The position numbers and the translations under genes are program-made. From Candidatus Altimarinota bacterium (GTDB taxonomy: Bacteria > Patescibacteriota > Gracilibacteria > CAIRYL01): a DNA stretch of 64,000 bases. The stretch spans positions 288,001-352,000 of the forward strand of contig OZ252287.1 in NCBI GenBank assembly GCA_965250085.1. The letters are read 5' to 3'. Positions 20,532 to 32,724 of the stretch are shown one piece after another (positions within the stretch are counted from its first letter, which is position 1; every line of letters starts with the position of its first letter). A model generated the notes under the pieces. It did no database searches. It saw only the letters and a program-made list of their open reading frames with translations, and was not told the DNA's origin.

Positions 20532-21443
20532 ATGAAAAAAATTGCTCTTTTCCTCAGTCTTGTTCTTTTTCTCTTTGGATGCACCTTCCCAAAATTTATA
20601 CCTGGAGAAACTTCTGACGAGGAGCCATTGGAAGGTCCTTCAGATCAACTTGAGCTAAATCAGAGCCCAGATGATCTTTTGGAAAACATACATTTGGAAG
20701 AAATATCTGAAATTGAAGGAGTTTCTGCCTCTGAAAAAGAAAGTACCGATCAAGAAAACAGTTCTGAAATACTTCCGGAAGACCCCATTGCAGAAATTGA
20801 TCTCAGTTTATTAGACGAATCAGAAAATCTTCTACCACCTTCGGAGCACATTGCCCTCGACGTAAACCCTCCTTTTGAGCAGCTCCAGCCTGGAGCAGAA
20901 GATGAAACAGAAGCAAGTTTCGAAGAGATTCCCCCTGAAGGAGCTCCTGCCCCTGAAACTGAGGGAACATTGACTGGCGAAATAGAGATTTTTGAAGACT
21001 ATCAATGTCCATATTGCAAACAATTTGAAAAAGAAGCCCTTATTCCTCTCCGAAACAAACACCTTGGAGTAAGCATTGTTTTCCGGCATTTTCCTCTTTC
21101 TTCCATCCATCCGAATGCTTATGAATCTGCCAAGTTTTCTGTGTGTGCAGAAAATCAGGGAAAATTCGTAGAGGTGAGTGACGCACTCTTTTTAGCTTCT
21201 GATCTATCTACAGAAAATCTCTGGACCCTCGCTGGCAATTTGCAACTCGATACAGAACTCCTTACCACATGCTTGGACTCCTCAGATACCGTCAATAGAA
21301 TCGAGGCTGATCGTACACGCGGACAATCTTTAGGCGTCACTGGCACTCCCACGTTTTTTATAAATGGCAACAAATTCAAAGGAGCGTACCCATTAGAAAA
21401 TGTAGAAATGGAGCTAAGGAAATTTCAGAAAAATAAAAAATAA
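20532..21443 (+). CDS. DsbA/thioredoxin-like lipoprotein with an acidic linker
   Basis: Lipobox LFGC, DYQCPYC, FRHFPL..H and GVTGTPTFFING. Confidence 0.88.
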   Translation: MKKIALFLSLVLFLFGCTFPKFIPGETSDEEPLEGPSDQLELNQSPDDLLENIHLEEISEIEGVSASEKESTDQENSSEILPEDPIAEIDLSLLDESENLLPPSEHIALDVNPPFEQLQPGAEDETEASFEEIPPEGAPAPETEGTLTGEIEIFEDYQCPYCKQFEKEALIPLRNKHLGVSIVFRHFPLSSIHPNAYESAKFSVCAENQGKFVEVSDALFLASDLSTENLWTLAGNLQLDTELLTTCLDSSDTVNRIEADRTRGQSLGVTGTPTFFINGNKFKGAYPLENVEMELRKFQKNKK

Positions 21444-21512
21444 ATCCCCCTTTGATAAAGGGGGAGATTTTATTTTTCCCCTCTTTGATAAAGAGGGGCT
21501 AGGGGAGATTTT
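21442..21512. repeat. Pair of CCCCTTTGATAAAGGGG palindromic repeats
   Basis: tccccctttgataaagggggag and cccctctttgataaagaggggctaggggagatt. Confidence 0.7.
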
Positions 21513-21553
21513 AGGAAGATTTTTTCAAAAAACTTACATACAATCGTCATATC

Positions 21554-22666
21554 ATGAACAACTTTGATATTATTCAAACGGCATTTACAGAATATCCCCG
21601 AGAAGCAATCGTAACAACTCTTCTGGTCCTCCTTCCCGTCATTGGATGGGGATTTGCCTTTACCAGACGAAAAACACCTGGGAAGAAGGTCATATTTCTC
21701 ACGTTTGGAGCCGGTATTATTTCGGCGCTCATTATGTTTCTCTACCAATATTATTGGGAAACGAAGCTGGATTTTGGATTCTTTGAACTCACACCGGTAG
21801 ATTTTCAAGAAAACATAGGTGGATGGGTGCAAAACAGGCTTCTTTCTATTTTTTTGGTCGCCATGTCTATCGGTCTTATAGAAGAATATTTGAAACATTG
21901 GGTCGTCAAAAAATCAGATCATAACTATTTTGATTCTGTAAATGATGTGATAGAGCTTTCCATCATCGCCGCCTTGGGGTTTGCATTTACAGAAAATATG
22001 ATTTATCTCCTTCGAGAAATCATCACTCATGGCATGACTCAGAAATTTTTTTCTCTCTTTATTTTGAGATCGCTCTTTGTGGTCTTTGTGCATGTGCTGT
22101 GTTCCGGTATTTATGGATACTACTATGGGGTGGGATATTACGCGAGACCGATACTTGAAGAAGACGAACACGAAGGTCGTAAAAGGTGGATCCCTAATTT
22201 TCTTCATCGACTCATTCATTGGAAAAAAGCACGCATCTTTCATGATGAAATGATTGCCTTGGGACTCATTATCTCGGTAGTAATACATGGATTATTCGAC
22301 TTTTTCATGTCTGTCAATTGGAGTGTGGGAAGTATGCTCGGCGTTGCGAGTCTCGAAAAAGTGGGGATCCATATCATCGTTCTGCCCGCATACCTTATCT
22401 TTGGACTCTTATACTTGGCAAAAATATTTCAAAAAAAGAGATATCATGAGCATTTTGGCCATCTCACAGTACAAAAAGTCTATGGCGAATACGATCTCAA
22501 ACAAAATATTGAAAAACTCCGTGAAGTCGAAGAAGCAGTAGAAGAAAACTACCGCCACAAAAATGAGGGAAAATCTGAGGAAAACTTAGAAGAAAACCTC
22601 AAAAAAATGAGAGATATGGAAGAGACAATTGAAGATCATTATAAGAATCAGAGAAAAGATTCATAA
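21554..22666 (+). CDS. PrsW-family intramembrane metalloprotease
   Basis: IEEYLK, ALGFAFTEN, H..CSG..GYY and IHGLFD motifs; multiple TM helices. Confidence 0.88.
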   Translation: MNNFDIIQTAFTEYPREAIVTTLLVLLPVIGWGFAFTRRKTPGKKVIFLTFGAGIISALIMFLYQYYWETKLDFGFFELTPVDFQENIGGWVQNRLLSIFLVAMSIGLIEEYLKHWVVKKSDHNYFDSVNDVIELSIIAALGFAFTENMIYLLREIITHGMTQKFFSLFILRSLFVVFVHVLCSGIYGYYYGVGYYARPILEEDEHEGRKRWIPNFLHRLIHWKKARIFHDEMIALGLIISVVIHGLFDFFMSVNWSVGSMLGVASLEKVGIHIIVLPAYLIFGLLYLAKIFQKKRYHEHFGHLTVQKVYGEYDLKQNIEKLREVEEAVEENYRHKNEGKSEENLEENLKKMRDMEETIEDHYKNQRKDS

Positions 22667-22796
22667 GGCATGAAAAAGTCCCTAGAAGGGGGTGATAGGC
22701 TACTGGTTTAATTCCAGTATGGATCAAGTCTCCCATCTCTGAATTTATCTCTCTTCCATTGTTCTCGTGCATATTTCTCTGCTATGTCTTCATCTG

Positions 22797-23723
22797 TTAA
22801 GATATCCATGGAACCCTGAGTGAGCCGCGCCATCCTAGGTTTTTGCTCCAATCTTCAACGTTTCGTAAGCATACGTTAGTCCCCCCAGTCCCCATTAAAG
22901 CTCTATCACTCATTCTTATATTGATATCTGTATTGAGCCAACAAGAATCATTTTGATCAAGACGATTCCCACCAGAATGTGGATGAGAGCCTGCATCATA
23001 CTTTGGTCCAAGAACATATAGGTAGTGATGTTCACTCATAAGTTTTACACCCATTGCCTCAGCTTGTTCTACAGCACCATTTTTATTGAGGCGTTTTGAA
23101 GCTAATTTCTTTTCTCGTTCGCTTAGTTTTCTTGACCTCCTGACATGCTCAAGTGCAGTATTGTCGAACACGCAAAAAGAAGAATCTATAGGAGTATCCA
23201 GGGAACAAGTACCAACATTAAACCCAAATTCATCTGAATGATAGATATTTGGCTCATGGCCTGCTTGTTCCATTTGACGAATGCTCCAGATAAACCTTGG
23301 GTCCTCCTCAATAGAACCTTTAACTTTGTACAATTGTAAATCTTCTTGACCTTTATGTAAGTTTTCACATCTTCTATATCTTTTAGATAGGATTCGAAAG
23401 GTCTCTTCTTTTTTTTCTGAAGTGAGTTCATATGATTGATCTTCATTTGACTCAGAGGTTTCTGAAGGAAGATGTTGTAAAGCTATCCTTAATGCTTCAT
23501 TACTCACGTTTTTCTTTATTTTATTCACATCACTTTCCGATGAAAGGTTTATTCTACCTCCAATGTCATCAATAGTAGCATCTCCCAAAAGTGCCATTCT
23601 CTCTAGGAGGAATATGGTCCTTTCTTCAGATGATTCCTCTGGTTTTCTACTGTCTTTGTCCTCTTGAGTAGCGGTATGCACTATTGGAGTTTTGGTGGAA
23701 GATGAATCTGGTAGCTCTGACAT
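22797..23723 (-). CDS. DUF4256-like protein
   Basis: IWSIRQMEQAGHEP, AEAMGVKLMSE..Y, WL.T..IR and GWRGSLRV resemble the DUF4256 pattern; recognised by eye. Confidence 0.65.
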   Translation of the reverse strand: MSELPDSSSTKTPIVHTATQEDKDSRKPEESSEERTIFLLERMALLGDATIDDIGGRINLSSESDVNKIKKNVSNEALRIALQHLPSETSESNEDQSYELTSEKKEETFRILSKRYRRCENLHKGQEDLQLYKVKGSIEEDPRFIWSIRQMEQAGHEPNIYHSDEFGFNVGTCSLDTPIDSSFCVFDNTALEHVRRSRKLSEREKKLASKRLNKNGAVEQAEAMGVKLMSEHHYLYVLGPKYDAGSHPHSGGNRLDQNDSCWLNTDINIRMSDRALMGTGGTNVCLRNVEDWSKNLGWRGSLRVPWIS

Positions 23724-24424
23724 TAGGATGTTGTAAAATAATTTAAGCTAAGAGCAGAAAAGGATTGTGGGGTATTTCTGACATCTTCATTTTAGTATAC
23801 ATTTTACTTTATGTCAATACCTAGTCTTGTCTAATACAAGATTGCCCTGAACAAAGGATCGATTTCTAACGCAGAATTGCCCTGAATGGTCTAAAATGGA
23901 CAGCTTTATCACTCCATTTAATGACTTTCATGTTTAATGACCGTAAAATTCGACGGGTACAGGATCTACTTCCATTTCTGAATACTCTGTTGGTTCAGGT
24001 TTGCAACCTGAATCCCTCTGTTTCCATCGCTTTTTTATGCTGAAATGCCCTCCTTCGAAGGGGTCCCTTTGGGACAAGGGTTCTCTCATGGAGAACGGGA
24101 AGACAGAGACATCAGAAGTAAGTTACAAACTTGCTCCAACGGAAGATGAATATTTCAATCAAGTAGAGGACGGGTTGCGACCCGTCCCTTCCATAAGAGT
24201 GTCGTGAGCCTAAGGCTGGTTCAACTCTCGTGAGTTGAATCATGATGTTTCGGTTGCTCCAAATTCTTTCCCCCAAAGTAAGAAGCGCAATGGATCGTAT
24301 CTCTTTTCTGTCCTCGAAATAAGGGGAGCAACTCAGAGAGATTGCTCCAGCTTAACTTTCGAGTAGTCCCTACAAAAACTGACAACTGACTTGACTACGA
24401 AGCGACCCCTTTGGGGCTTACTCC

Positions 24425-26380
24425 TTATTTCTTCTTTTTCTTCTTCTCTTCTTTTTTCTCTTTTTTATCCTCCTTTTTCTTATCATCATCTACCACTTCT
24501 GCATCTTCGACATCATCCTTTTTTTCGTCTGAAGCATCAGAGCTCTTCTTGTCTTCTTCTGCTTTTGCCTCTTCAGCGGCCTTCTGATAGATCTCAGCAC
24601 CACCTTTTTGAAGCGCTTCCATAAGAGTGTCGTGAGCCTTTTTGAGTTCTTCTCCAGAGGCTTTTTCATTTTTGAGCACCTCTCCAGCTGATGTGAGCTC
24701 TTTTTGAATCGCTTCTACATTTTCTTTGGATATCTTATCTTCATCATCTTTTATCATTTTTTCTCCTTGAAACACAGCAGCATCCAAGTGATTGCGGGCT
24801 TCTATCAATTCTTTCTTCTGCTTGTCTTCATCAGCATGTGCTTCAGCATCTTTTTGCATCTTCTCGACTTCTTCTTCACTGAGACCAGATGATCCTTGGA
24901 TCGTAATATGCTGCTCCTTTCCAGTGCCCTTATCCTTTGCTTTGACATTCAAGATACCATTAGCATCGATATCAAAGGTGACCTCAATTTGGGGTACGCC
25001 ACGCGGAGCTGGAGGAATTCCATCCAAGATGAATCTTCCAAGTGATTTGTTATCTACGGCCATTTCGCGCTCTCCTTGAGACACATGCACCTCCACACTG
25101 CCCTGGTTATCAGCAGCAGTAGAAAAAATCTGAGATTTTGATGTGGGGATAGTGGTGTTTCGTTCAATGAGTTTGGTGGCAATTCCTCCCAGAGTTTCAA
25201 TACCGAGAGAAAGCGGAGTCACATCCAGAAGTACGACATCCTTTACATCACCAGTAAGGACTCCTCCTTGGATAGCGGCCCCAATAGCAACCACTTCATC
25301 AGGATTGACTCCTTTGTGTGGATCTTTTCCAAAAAACTTCTTTACCGCCTCTTGCACTGCTGGCATACGCGTCATTCCTCCTACGAGAATCACCTCATCG
25401 ATGTCACTTGCTTTGAGCTTGGCGTCTTTGAGGGCTTTTTCGCAGGGTGTGATTGACCTTTCGATCAGATCTGAAACCATGCTTTCGAGCTTGGCTCGTG
25501 AGAGTTTGTGCACAAAGTGCTTTGGCCCACTACTATCGGCGGTAATAAAGGGCAAATTAATCTCCGTCTCGGTATTAGAAGAAAGTTCTATTTTTGCCTT
25601 TTCTGCACCTTCTTTCAGTCTCTGGAGTGCCATTTGGTCCTTGGAGAGATCAATGCCTTCCGATTTTTTGAATTCTGCGAGGAGATGATCAATGATTGCC
25701 TGATCAAAGTCGTCACCTCCAAGATGAGTATCTCCATTCGTGGCGATTACTTCAAAAACTCCATCTCCGAGTTCAAGAAGAGAAATATCAAAAGTTCCTC
25801 CTCCCAGATCATAAACGGCGATTTTTTCATTTTTATGCTTTTTTTCCAGTCCATATGCGAGTGCAGCAGCGGTTGGTTCGTTGATAATACGCTCTACTTC
25901 GAGTCCAGCAATCTTTCCGGCATCCTTGGTGGCTTGGCGCTGTGAATCATTAAAATATGCTGGAACAGTGATCACTGCTTTTGTTACTGGCTGACCCAGA
26001 AAACTCTCTGCATCTACTTTGAGTTTTTGCAAAATCATAGCCGCAATTTCTGCTGGTTGTTTTTCTTTGCCATCAAACATAATGCGCACATCACCATCTT
26101 TTCCCTTTGTAATGTCATAGGGCATTTCTTTCATTTCTTGTTTTACTTCGTCGTACTTACGACCGACAAAACGTTTGGAAGAAAAAATAGTGTTTTTGGG
26201 GTTGGTGACTGCTTGGCGTTTTGCAGGGATCCCTACCAGACGCTCAGCATCTTTTTGTGCGACGACAGATGGAGTCGTTCTCCCTCCTTCTGCATTGGGG
26301 ATAACCGTTGGCTCTCCACCTTCCATCACGGCAACGCATGAGTTGGTGGTCCCGAGATCGATTCCTATAATTTTTGACAT
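24425..26380 (-). CDS. dnaK: Chaperone DnaK
   Basis: [35 protein letters not shown] and [15 protein letters not shown]. Confidence 0.99.
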   Translation of the reverse strand: MSKIIGIDLGTTNSCVAVMEGGEPTVIPNAEGGRTTPSVVAQKDAERLVGIPAKRQAVTNPKNTIFSSKRFVGRKYDEVKQEMKEMPYDITKGKDGDVRIMFDGKEKQPAEIAAMILQKLKVDAESFLGQPVTKAVITVPAYFNDSQRQATKDAGKIAGLEVERIINEPTAAALAYGLEKKHKNEKIAVYDLGGGTFDISLLELGDGVFEVIATNGDTHLGGDDFDQAIIDHLLAEFKKSEGIDLSKDQMALQRLKEGAEKAKIELSSNTETEINLPFITADSSGPKHFVHKLSRAKLESMVSDLIERSITPCEKALKDAKLKASDIDEVILVGGMTRMPAVQEAVKKFFGKDPHKGVNPDEVVAIGAAIQGGVLTGDVKDVVLLDVTPLSLGIETLGGIATKLIERNTTIPTSKSQIFSTAADNQGSVEVHVSQGEREMAVDNKSLGRFILDGIPPAPRGVPQIEVTFDIDANGILNVKAKDKGTGKEQHITIQGSSGLSEEEVEKMQKDAEAHADEDKQKKELIEARNHLDAAVFQGEKMIKDDEDKISKENVEAIQKELTSAGEVLKNEKASGEELKKAHDTLMEALQKGGAEIYQKAAEEAKAEEDKKSSDASDEKKDDVEDAEVVDDDKKKEDKKEKKEEKKKKKK

Positions 26381-26406
26381 TTTGAAATAAAATAAAAAAT
26401 AAAAAC

Positions 26407-26433
26407 TTAGCACTCTCCATTTTAGAGTGCTAA
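26407..26433. promoter_or_regulatory. CIRCE element (HrcA operator) overlapping the dnaK promoter
   Basis: Perfect TTAGCACTC-N9-GAGTGCTAA. A minus-strand TTGACG (26442-47)-17 bp-TAAAAT (26419-24) promoter overlaps it. Confidence 0.95.
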
Positions 26434-26480
26434 AGAAGATGCGTCAAGAACTTTTTTTTAGATTTTATATTTTTTGTCGT

Positions 26481-26738
26481 CTATTCCACAGAGATATTCG
26501 TTCCTGTTGATTCTTGGAATGCGGTTATTTTCCGATAAAAATTAGGATCAATTTTATTATGATTTTTAAGTGTTATTGTTGTAGAAATCCCATCTCTCAC
26601 TATCTCTACAAGAGTAGCTGAGCTCTCTTCTAAAGCGACACAGAAGTGTGTATTTGAAAGGATGCTTTCAACATTCTGATGATCGGTTGTAATGGTGATC
26701 GTTTCCGTTTCTTGATTTTCAAATATTTCTGTTGGCAT
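26481..26738 (-). CDS. Small hypothetical protein
   Basis: 85-aa ORF; similar layout to the neighbouring 82-aa ORF. Confidence 0.6.
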   Translation of the reverse strand: MPTEIFENQETETITITTDHQNVESILSNTHFCVALEESSATLVEIVRDGISTTITLKNHNKIDPNFYRKITAFQESTGTNISVE

Positions 26739-26767
26739 ATGGACTAAAAAAAAATATGTTCCCCAAA

Positions 26768-27016
26768 TTATTGCACCGTGACATACGCTCCCCTAGTATT
26801 TTGAAGTTTTCTTATCTGGGAATTAAAATCAGGATGAATTCCTGCACTGCTCCCAAATTGAACCTTAAATTGTCCAGAATCTGGATCTAAGGTCGCTGCT
26901 ACTTCAGAATTTGAGTTCATTATGAGTCCAGTGATAATATCTTCCTCATGTTCCCCCGTCTCGTGCCTGCTTACAATAGTGACAGTATCCCATTCTTTTG
27001 GTACTTCTCTAGGCAT
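26768..27016 (-). CDS. Small hypothetical protein
   Basis: 82-aa ORF in tandem with 26481-26738. Confidence 0.6.
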   Translation of the reverse strand: MPREVPKEWDTVTIVSRHETGEHEEDIITGLIMNSNSEVAATLDPDSGQFKVQFGSSAGIHPDFNSQIRKLQNTRGAYVTVQ

Positions 27017-27026
27017 ATTAAATATA

Positions 27027-27736
27027 GGCTCTTGAGTAGAATAATTACTTCAATTATTCTCTTAACATGCTTAAACACAGTAAAATATCGAATTATAAGA
27101 TCAAAAAAATATTGAAGTGTTTTTGTGAAGATCTCAATGCATCAAAAACAGCAAATATTCTAGATCTCAATCGGAGAACGGTTGATCGATATTTTAATAT
27201 TTTTAGAGAAAAGATTGCAAAGTTCTCTTTAGCACAGTCAAAGAGTTTTGGAGAATTTGAACTTGATGAAAGTTACTTTGGAGCAAAGAGAATGAGAGGA
27301 AAGAGAGGAAGAGGAGCCGCAGGAAAGACTCCTGTCTTTGGAATCCTTCAAAGAGAAGGAAGGGTATTTGTTTCTATTGTAAAAGATTGCTCCAGAAAAG
27401 AGCTCCTACCTATTATTCAAGGAAAAATACTAGAAGGATCAACTATTCATACTGATGGATGGAGAGCTTATGATGGACTCATTCTCAATGGATATGATCA
27501 CTATCGTATTCATCACTCAGAAAATGAATTTGCACGAGGAAAATGTCATGTAAATGGTATTGAATCCTTTTGGTCTTTTGCGAAAAGAAGACTCTCTAAG
27601 TTTAACGGAATTGCTTCTCACAAGTTTAACTTTCACCTCAAAGAATGTGAGTGGCGATGGAACTATAAAGATCAAGATATTTTTGTTATAATGTCCAAAA
27701 TTATCAGAGATTTTTAAAATCTCCTACTCTAGAGCC
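27027..27736 (+). mobile_element. IS1595-family (IS1016-like) insertion sequence, 710 bp
   Basis: IRs ggctcttgagtag / ctactctagagcc, with 8-bp TSD TAAATATA at 27019-27026 and 27737-27744. Confidence 0.92.
27067..27717 (+). CDS. IS1595/IS1016 transposase
   Basis: ELDESYFG, GKRGRGAAGKTPVFG, IHTDGWRAY, HVNGIESFW and LKECEWR. Confidence 0.96.
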   Translation: MLKHSKISNYKIKKILKCFCEDLNASKTANILDLNRRTVDRYFNIFREKIAKFSLAQSKSFGEFELDESYFGAKRMRGKRGRGAAGKTPVFGILQREGRVFVSIVKDCSRKELLPIIQGKILEGSTIHTDGWRAYDGLILNGYDHYRIHHSENEFARGKCHVNGIESFWSFAKRRLSKFNGIASHKFNFHLKECEWRWNYKDQDIFVIMSKIIRDF

Positions 27737-27828
27737 TAAATATATTAAAGAATAATTTATTTTAGTATTAAACTTCTGCATATATTTGTCAAGAAAATTC
27801 CGTATTTATCACGCTTTTTACTAGATAA

Positions 27829-29871
<2,043 letters not shown>

Positions 29872-29944
29872 GAAAATATATTTTAAGTAATTTTTAATAT
29901 TCTTTGCTTCAAGGGGAGTTTTTTTGTGTTTTAAAAATTATTTA

Positions 29945-30595
29945 ATGAAAATCCTTTCAAAAACAATTTCCTTCCTTTTTCCTCCCGAATGTCTTGGGTG
30001 TTCACAGGAAGGAAATTTTGTCTGTCAGAAATGTGTAAACCTTATTCCCAGAAAAGTCTCTAAACGATCTTTTGACCTCAAGTATTTTGAAAAAATATGG
30101 GTACTCACCGATTACGAAAATCCAATTGTAGAAAAATCTATAGCGCAATTTAAATTCAAGCTTTCAAAAAAAATATTAGATGATTTGTCTCTGTTTTTTG
30201 AAAAATCACTCCCAAAGAAGAAAATTCCAGAAGGCGCTATATTTGTCCCTGTCCCACTTCATCCATTTCGCCAAAACAAGAGAGGATATAACCAAAGTTT
30301 ACTGTTGGCAGAAACATTTTCCAATATTTGCTTTGGAGAAAATCGTGTACAGAATATCTTAAAACGCATCAGAAATACTCGCCAGCAAGTAAAACTTTCA
30401 AAGGCTGAAAGGAAAGAAAACGTAAAGAACGCTTTTCAGGTGGATACACAAAAAACAAAAATTCCACTCAAAACACCAATTATTTTGATAGATGATGTGG
30501 CAACAACCGGATCAACGCTCCTTGAATGTGCAAAAGCACTAAAGCAATATGGCTATGATTATGTCTGGGGACTCGTCATTGCCAGAGGAAGATAA
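29945..30595 (+). CDS. comF: ComF-family competence protein (double Zn ribbon plus PRTase)
   Basis: CxxC..CxxC, VPVPLH..RGYNQ and LIDDVATTGSTL. Confidence 0.9.
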   Translation: MKILSKTISFLFPPECLGCSQEGNFVCQKCVNLIPRKVSKRSFDLKYFEKIWVLTDYENPIVEKSIAQFKFKLSKKILDDLSLFFEKSLPKKKIPEGAIFVPVPLHPFRQNKRGYNQSLLLAETFSNICFGENRVQNILKRIRNTRQQVKLSKAERKENVKNAFQVDTQKTKIPLKTPIILIDDVATTGSTLLECAKALKQYGYDYVWGLVIARGR

Positions 30596-30662
30596 TGAGT
30601 TACGAATTACGAATGGGGAAGTTACGAATAAAAAAATTCGTAATTGTTACATTCGTAATTGA

Positions 30663-32087
30663 TTAGTCTGCCCCTTTTTGTGACAGCACAACTCCAATAG
30701 TTCTCAGCAGAATTTTGAGATCCATCCAAAAACTCCAGTTCTTCATATAATACAAATCCAATTTTGCTTCTTCTTCAAAGGCAAGGTCGGACCTTCCAGA
30801 AACTTGGGCAAGTCCCGTTATACCCGGTTTCATCATGAGGACTCGTTTTTGCCAATTTTTATATTTTTTGATTTCTTCGGGAAGATGAGGTCTCGGGCCA
30901 ATAAGAGACATCTCTCCCTTAAATACATTGATGAGATTGGGGAGCTCATCGAGAGAAAATCGGCGTAAAAATTTTCCAAATCGCGTGATACGGGGGTCAT
31001 TTTTTACTTTAAAAAGTGGACCTTTCCGATGGTTCTTGTTCTGTAAGGTGCTTTTTTGAATTTCAGCATTTTGAACCATGGAGCGAAATTTCCAGAGGAG
31101 AAATGGTTTCCCTTCCCTTCCCAGACGAGGGCTTTTGAAAAACACAGGGCCTTCCGAATCAAGCCTAATACCCAACGCAAAAAGGAGAAAAGCGGGAGAA
31201 AGAATGAGAAGCAAAGCAAAAGACACAAAAATATCAAAGCCTCTTTTTATAATTCTCTGCCACGCGGTTAAGGTAGCCGGAAGAGCAAGAATAAGAGGAA
31301 TCCCCGCAATAAGAGCAAATTCCATTCGTGCAGAAAAGAGACTCTGTTGACTTGCTGCAAAACGAAAGAGGAGATGTTTTTCATCACAAATAGATTGTAG
31401 TTTTTTGAGCACCAATTCTGAGATGCCTGTGTCGCAACACCAGAGCTCATCCATTTTTCTTTTTACATGTCGAATATGGCTCAATTCATTTTCTCCAAAT
31501 GATCCATATACCAAAAATTGATCGTCATTTTTGAGCGCCTTTGAAAGTTCTTTTGTGTATTTCCTAGATCCAAAGAGGACAATTCGTTTTTGATTTTTTC
31601 CTGTTTTCCAATTGAGCATTTGGGTAAGTCTCAGGAGGAGTCGGGTACTAAAACTGAGAAAAAGTGTAAAAATCATTGCCTGCATGAGGATGATTCGTGA
31701 AAAAATAAGTTCATGACGAAAGAGAGCGTACCACGCTACAATGAGCATCCCCCAGATAAAGACTGAAAACATGAGAGTAAAAAATTCTCTTACTGGCTCA
31801 AAAGTATCGGAAAAATGATATTTGCCGAGGAATCCTTGTAAAAAAACAAAAGCAAGAGCAGAAAATACTGCAAATGGAACAAAAAATGACATAAGTGGCA
31901 GATTCTCTGCTGGGAAATATCGCTGTACCCAAGGAATAAGATCCGTAGAAGGCCTCAGGGCATACGCAAAAAACCAAGCCGAAGCAGCTGATACAAAATC
32001 AAATGGTATTCGCCAGAGGAGGAGGGCTATATCCCCTTTTTTCACTCCGAAAAAATAAAAAGTCTTCGCGGAGAATACCGGATGCAC
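30663..32087 (-). CDS. Polyprenyl-phosphate glycosylphosphotransferase (bacterial sugar transferase)
   Basis: N-terminal TM helices; KRGFD, KFRSM, DPRIT, SLDELP, SLIGPRP, KPGITGLAQV and DLYY. Confidence 0.93.
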   Translation of the reverse strand: MHPVFSAKTFYFFGVKKGDIALLLWRIPFDFVSAASAWFFAYALRPSTDLIPWVQRYFPAENLPLMSFFVPFAVFSALAFVFLQGFLGKYHFSDTFEPVREFFTLMFSVFIWGMLIVAWYALFRHELIFSRIILMQAMIFTLFLSFSTRLLLRLTQMLNWKTGKNQKRIVLFGSRKYTKELSKALKNDDQFLVYGSFGENELSHIRHVKRKMDELWCCDTGISELVLKKLQSICDEKHLLFRFAASQQSLFSARMEFALIAGIPLILALPATLTAWQRIIKRGFDIFVSFALLLILSPAFLLFALGIRLDSEGPVFFKSPRLGREGKPFLLWKFRSMVQNAEIQKSTLQNKNHRKGPLFKVKNDPRITRFGKFLRRFSLDELPNLINVFKGEMSLIGPRPHLPEEIKKYKNWQKRVLMMKPGITGLAQVSGRSDLAFEEEAKLDLYYMKNWSFWMDLKILLRTIGVVLSQKGAD

Positions 32088-32357
32088 GCTGAAAAAGGAA
32101 GCAATAACAACGCCTTTTTGCCAAAAGAAGTTTTTCTTTTAAAAAACTCTTGACGATGAACAAAAAAAGAGTACACTGCTTCACAGTTTCATGTTCCCCC
32201 TCGTGAATAATACAATCTTTTGCAAGATTCTCTTCTAAACACTCCCTTTTGAGAAAGAGGCATGGGTTTTCTTGTGAATATCTATAAGCAAAACTTCTCG
32301 TCTCTTTTCTTCAGAAATGGTAGAAGGCTTTTCTCTCTAAAATCTCACAGAAAACAC

Positions 32358-32387
32358 TTGACATTATGTTAATAAATATTTTATAAT
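32358..32387 (+). promoter_or_regulatory. Consensus sigma70 promoter
   Basis: TTGACA-18 bp-TATAAT upstream of the ORF at 32411. Confidence 0.6.
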
Positions 32388-32410
32388 TATTATCTATTGT
32401 TCTTATTCCT

Positions 32411-32680
32411 ATGAAAGCACCTTCTGATCGTTTTTCCCATGAAAGGCAGCTACCCAATGCTCATACAACAGATGGTGATGAACGCAATGGAATAAGTAAT
32501 ACAACGAGAATGGGGACAGGTAGAATTCTCAGTTGGAGACCAGAAGAAGGAGTCAACGTAGTAATATTTGATAAGAACGGAAACAGAACTACGAACACAT
32601 GTCCATCATATTCTTCTCCTTCCAGAAGGTCTCGAAAGATACCACAAGGAGGTGGATTTCCCTACGGAACTCTCAGATAA
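32411..32680 (+). CDS. Hypothetical protein
   Basis: 89-aa ATG ORF immediately after a consensus promoter. Confidence 0.45.
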   Translation: MKAPSDRFSHERQLPNAHTTDGDERNGISNTTRMGTGRILSWRPEEGVNVVIFDKNGNRTTNTCPSYSSPSRRSRKIPQGGGFPYGTLR

Positions 32681-32724
32681 AAACCATTTATTTCTTCTTT
32701 TTCTCTCTTTTACCCCTTTTCCCT

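Noticed and set aside
32150-32340. Possible sRNA after a TTGACG-16 bp-TACACT promoter
   Set aside because: No convincing structure or terminator; support is too weak.
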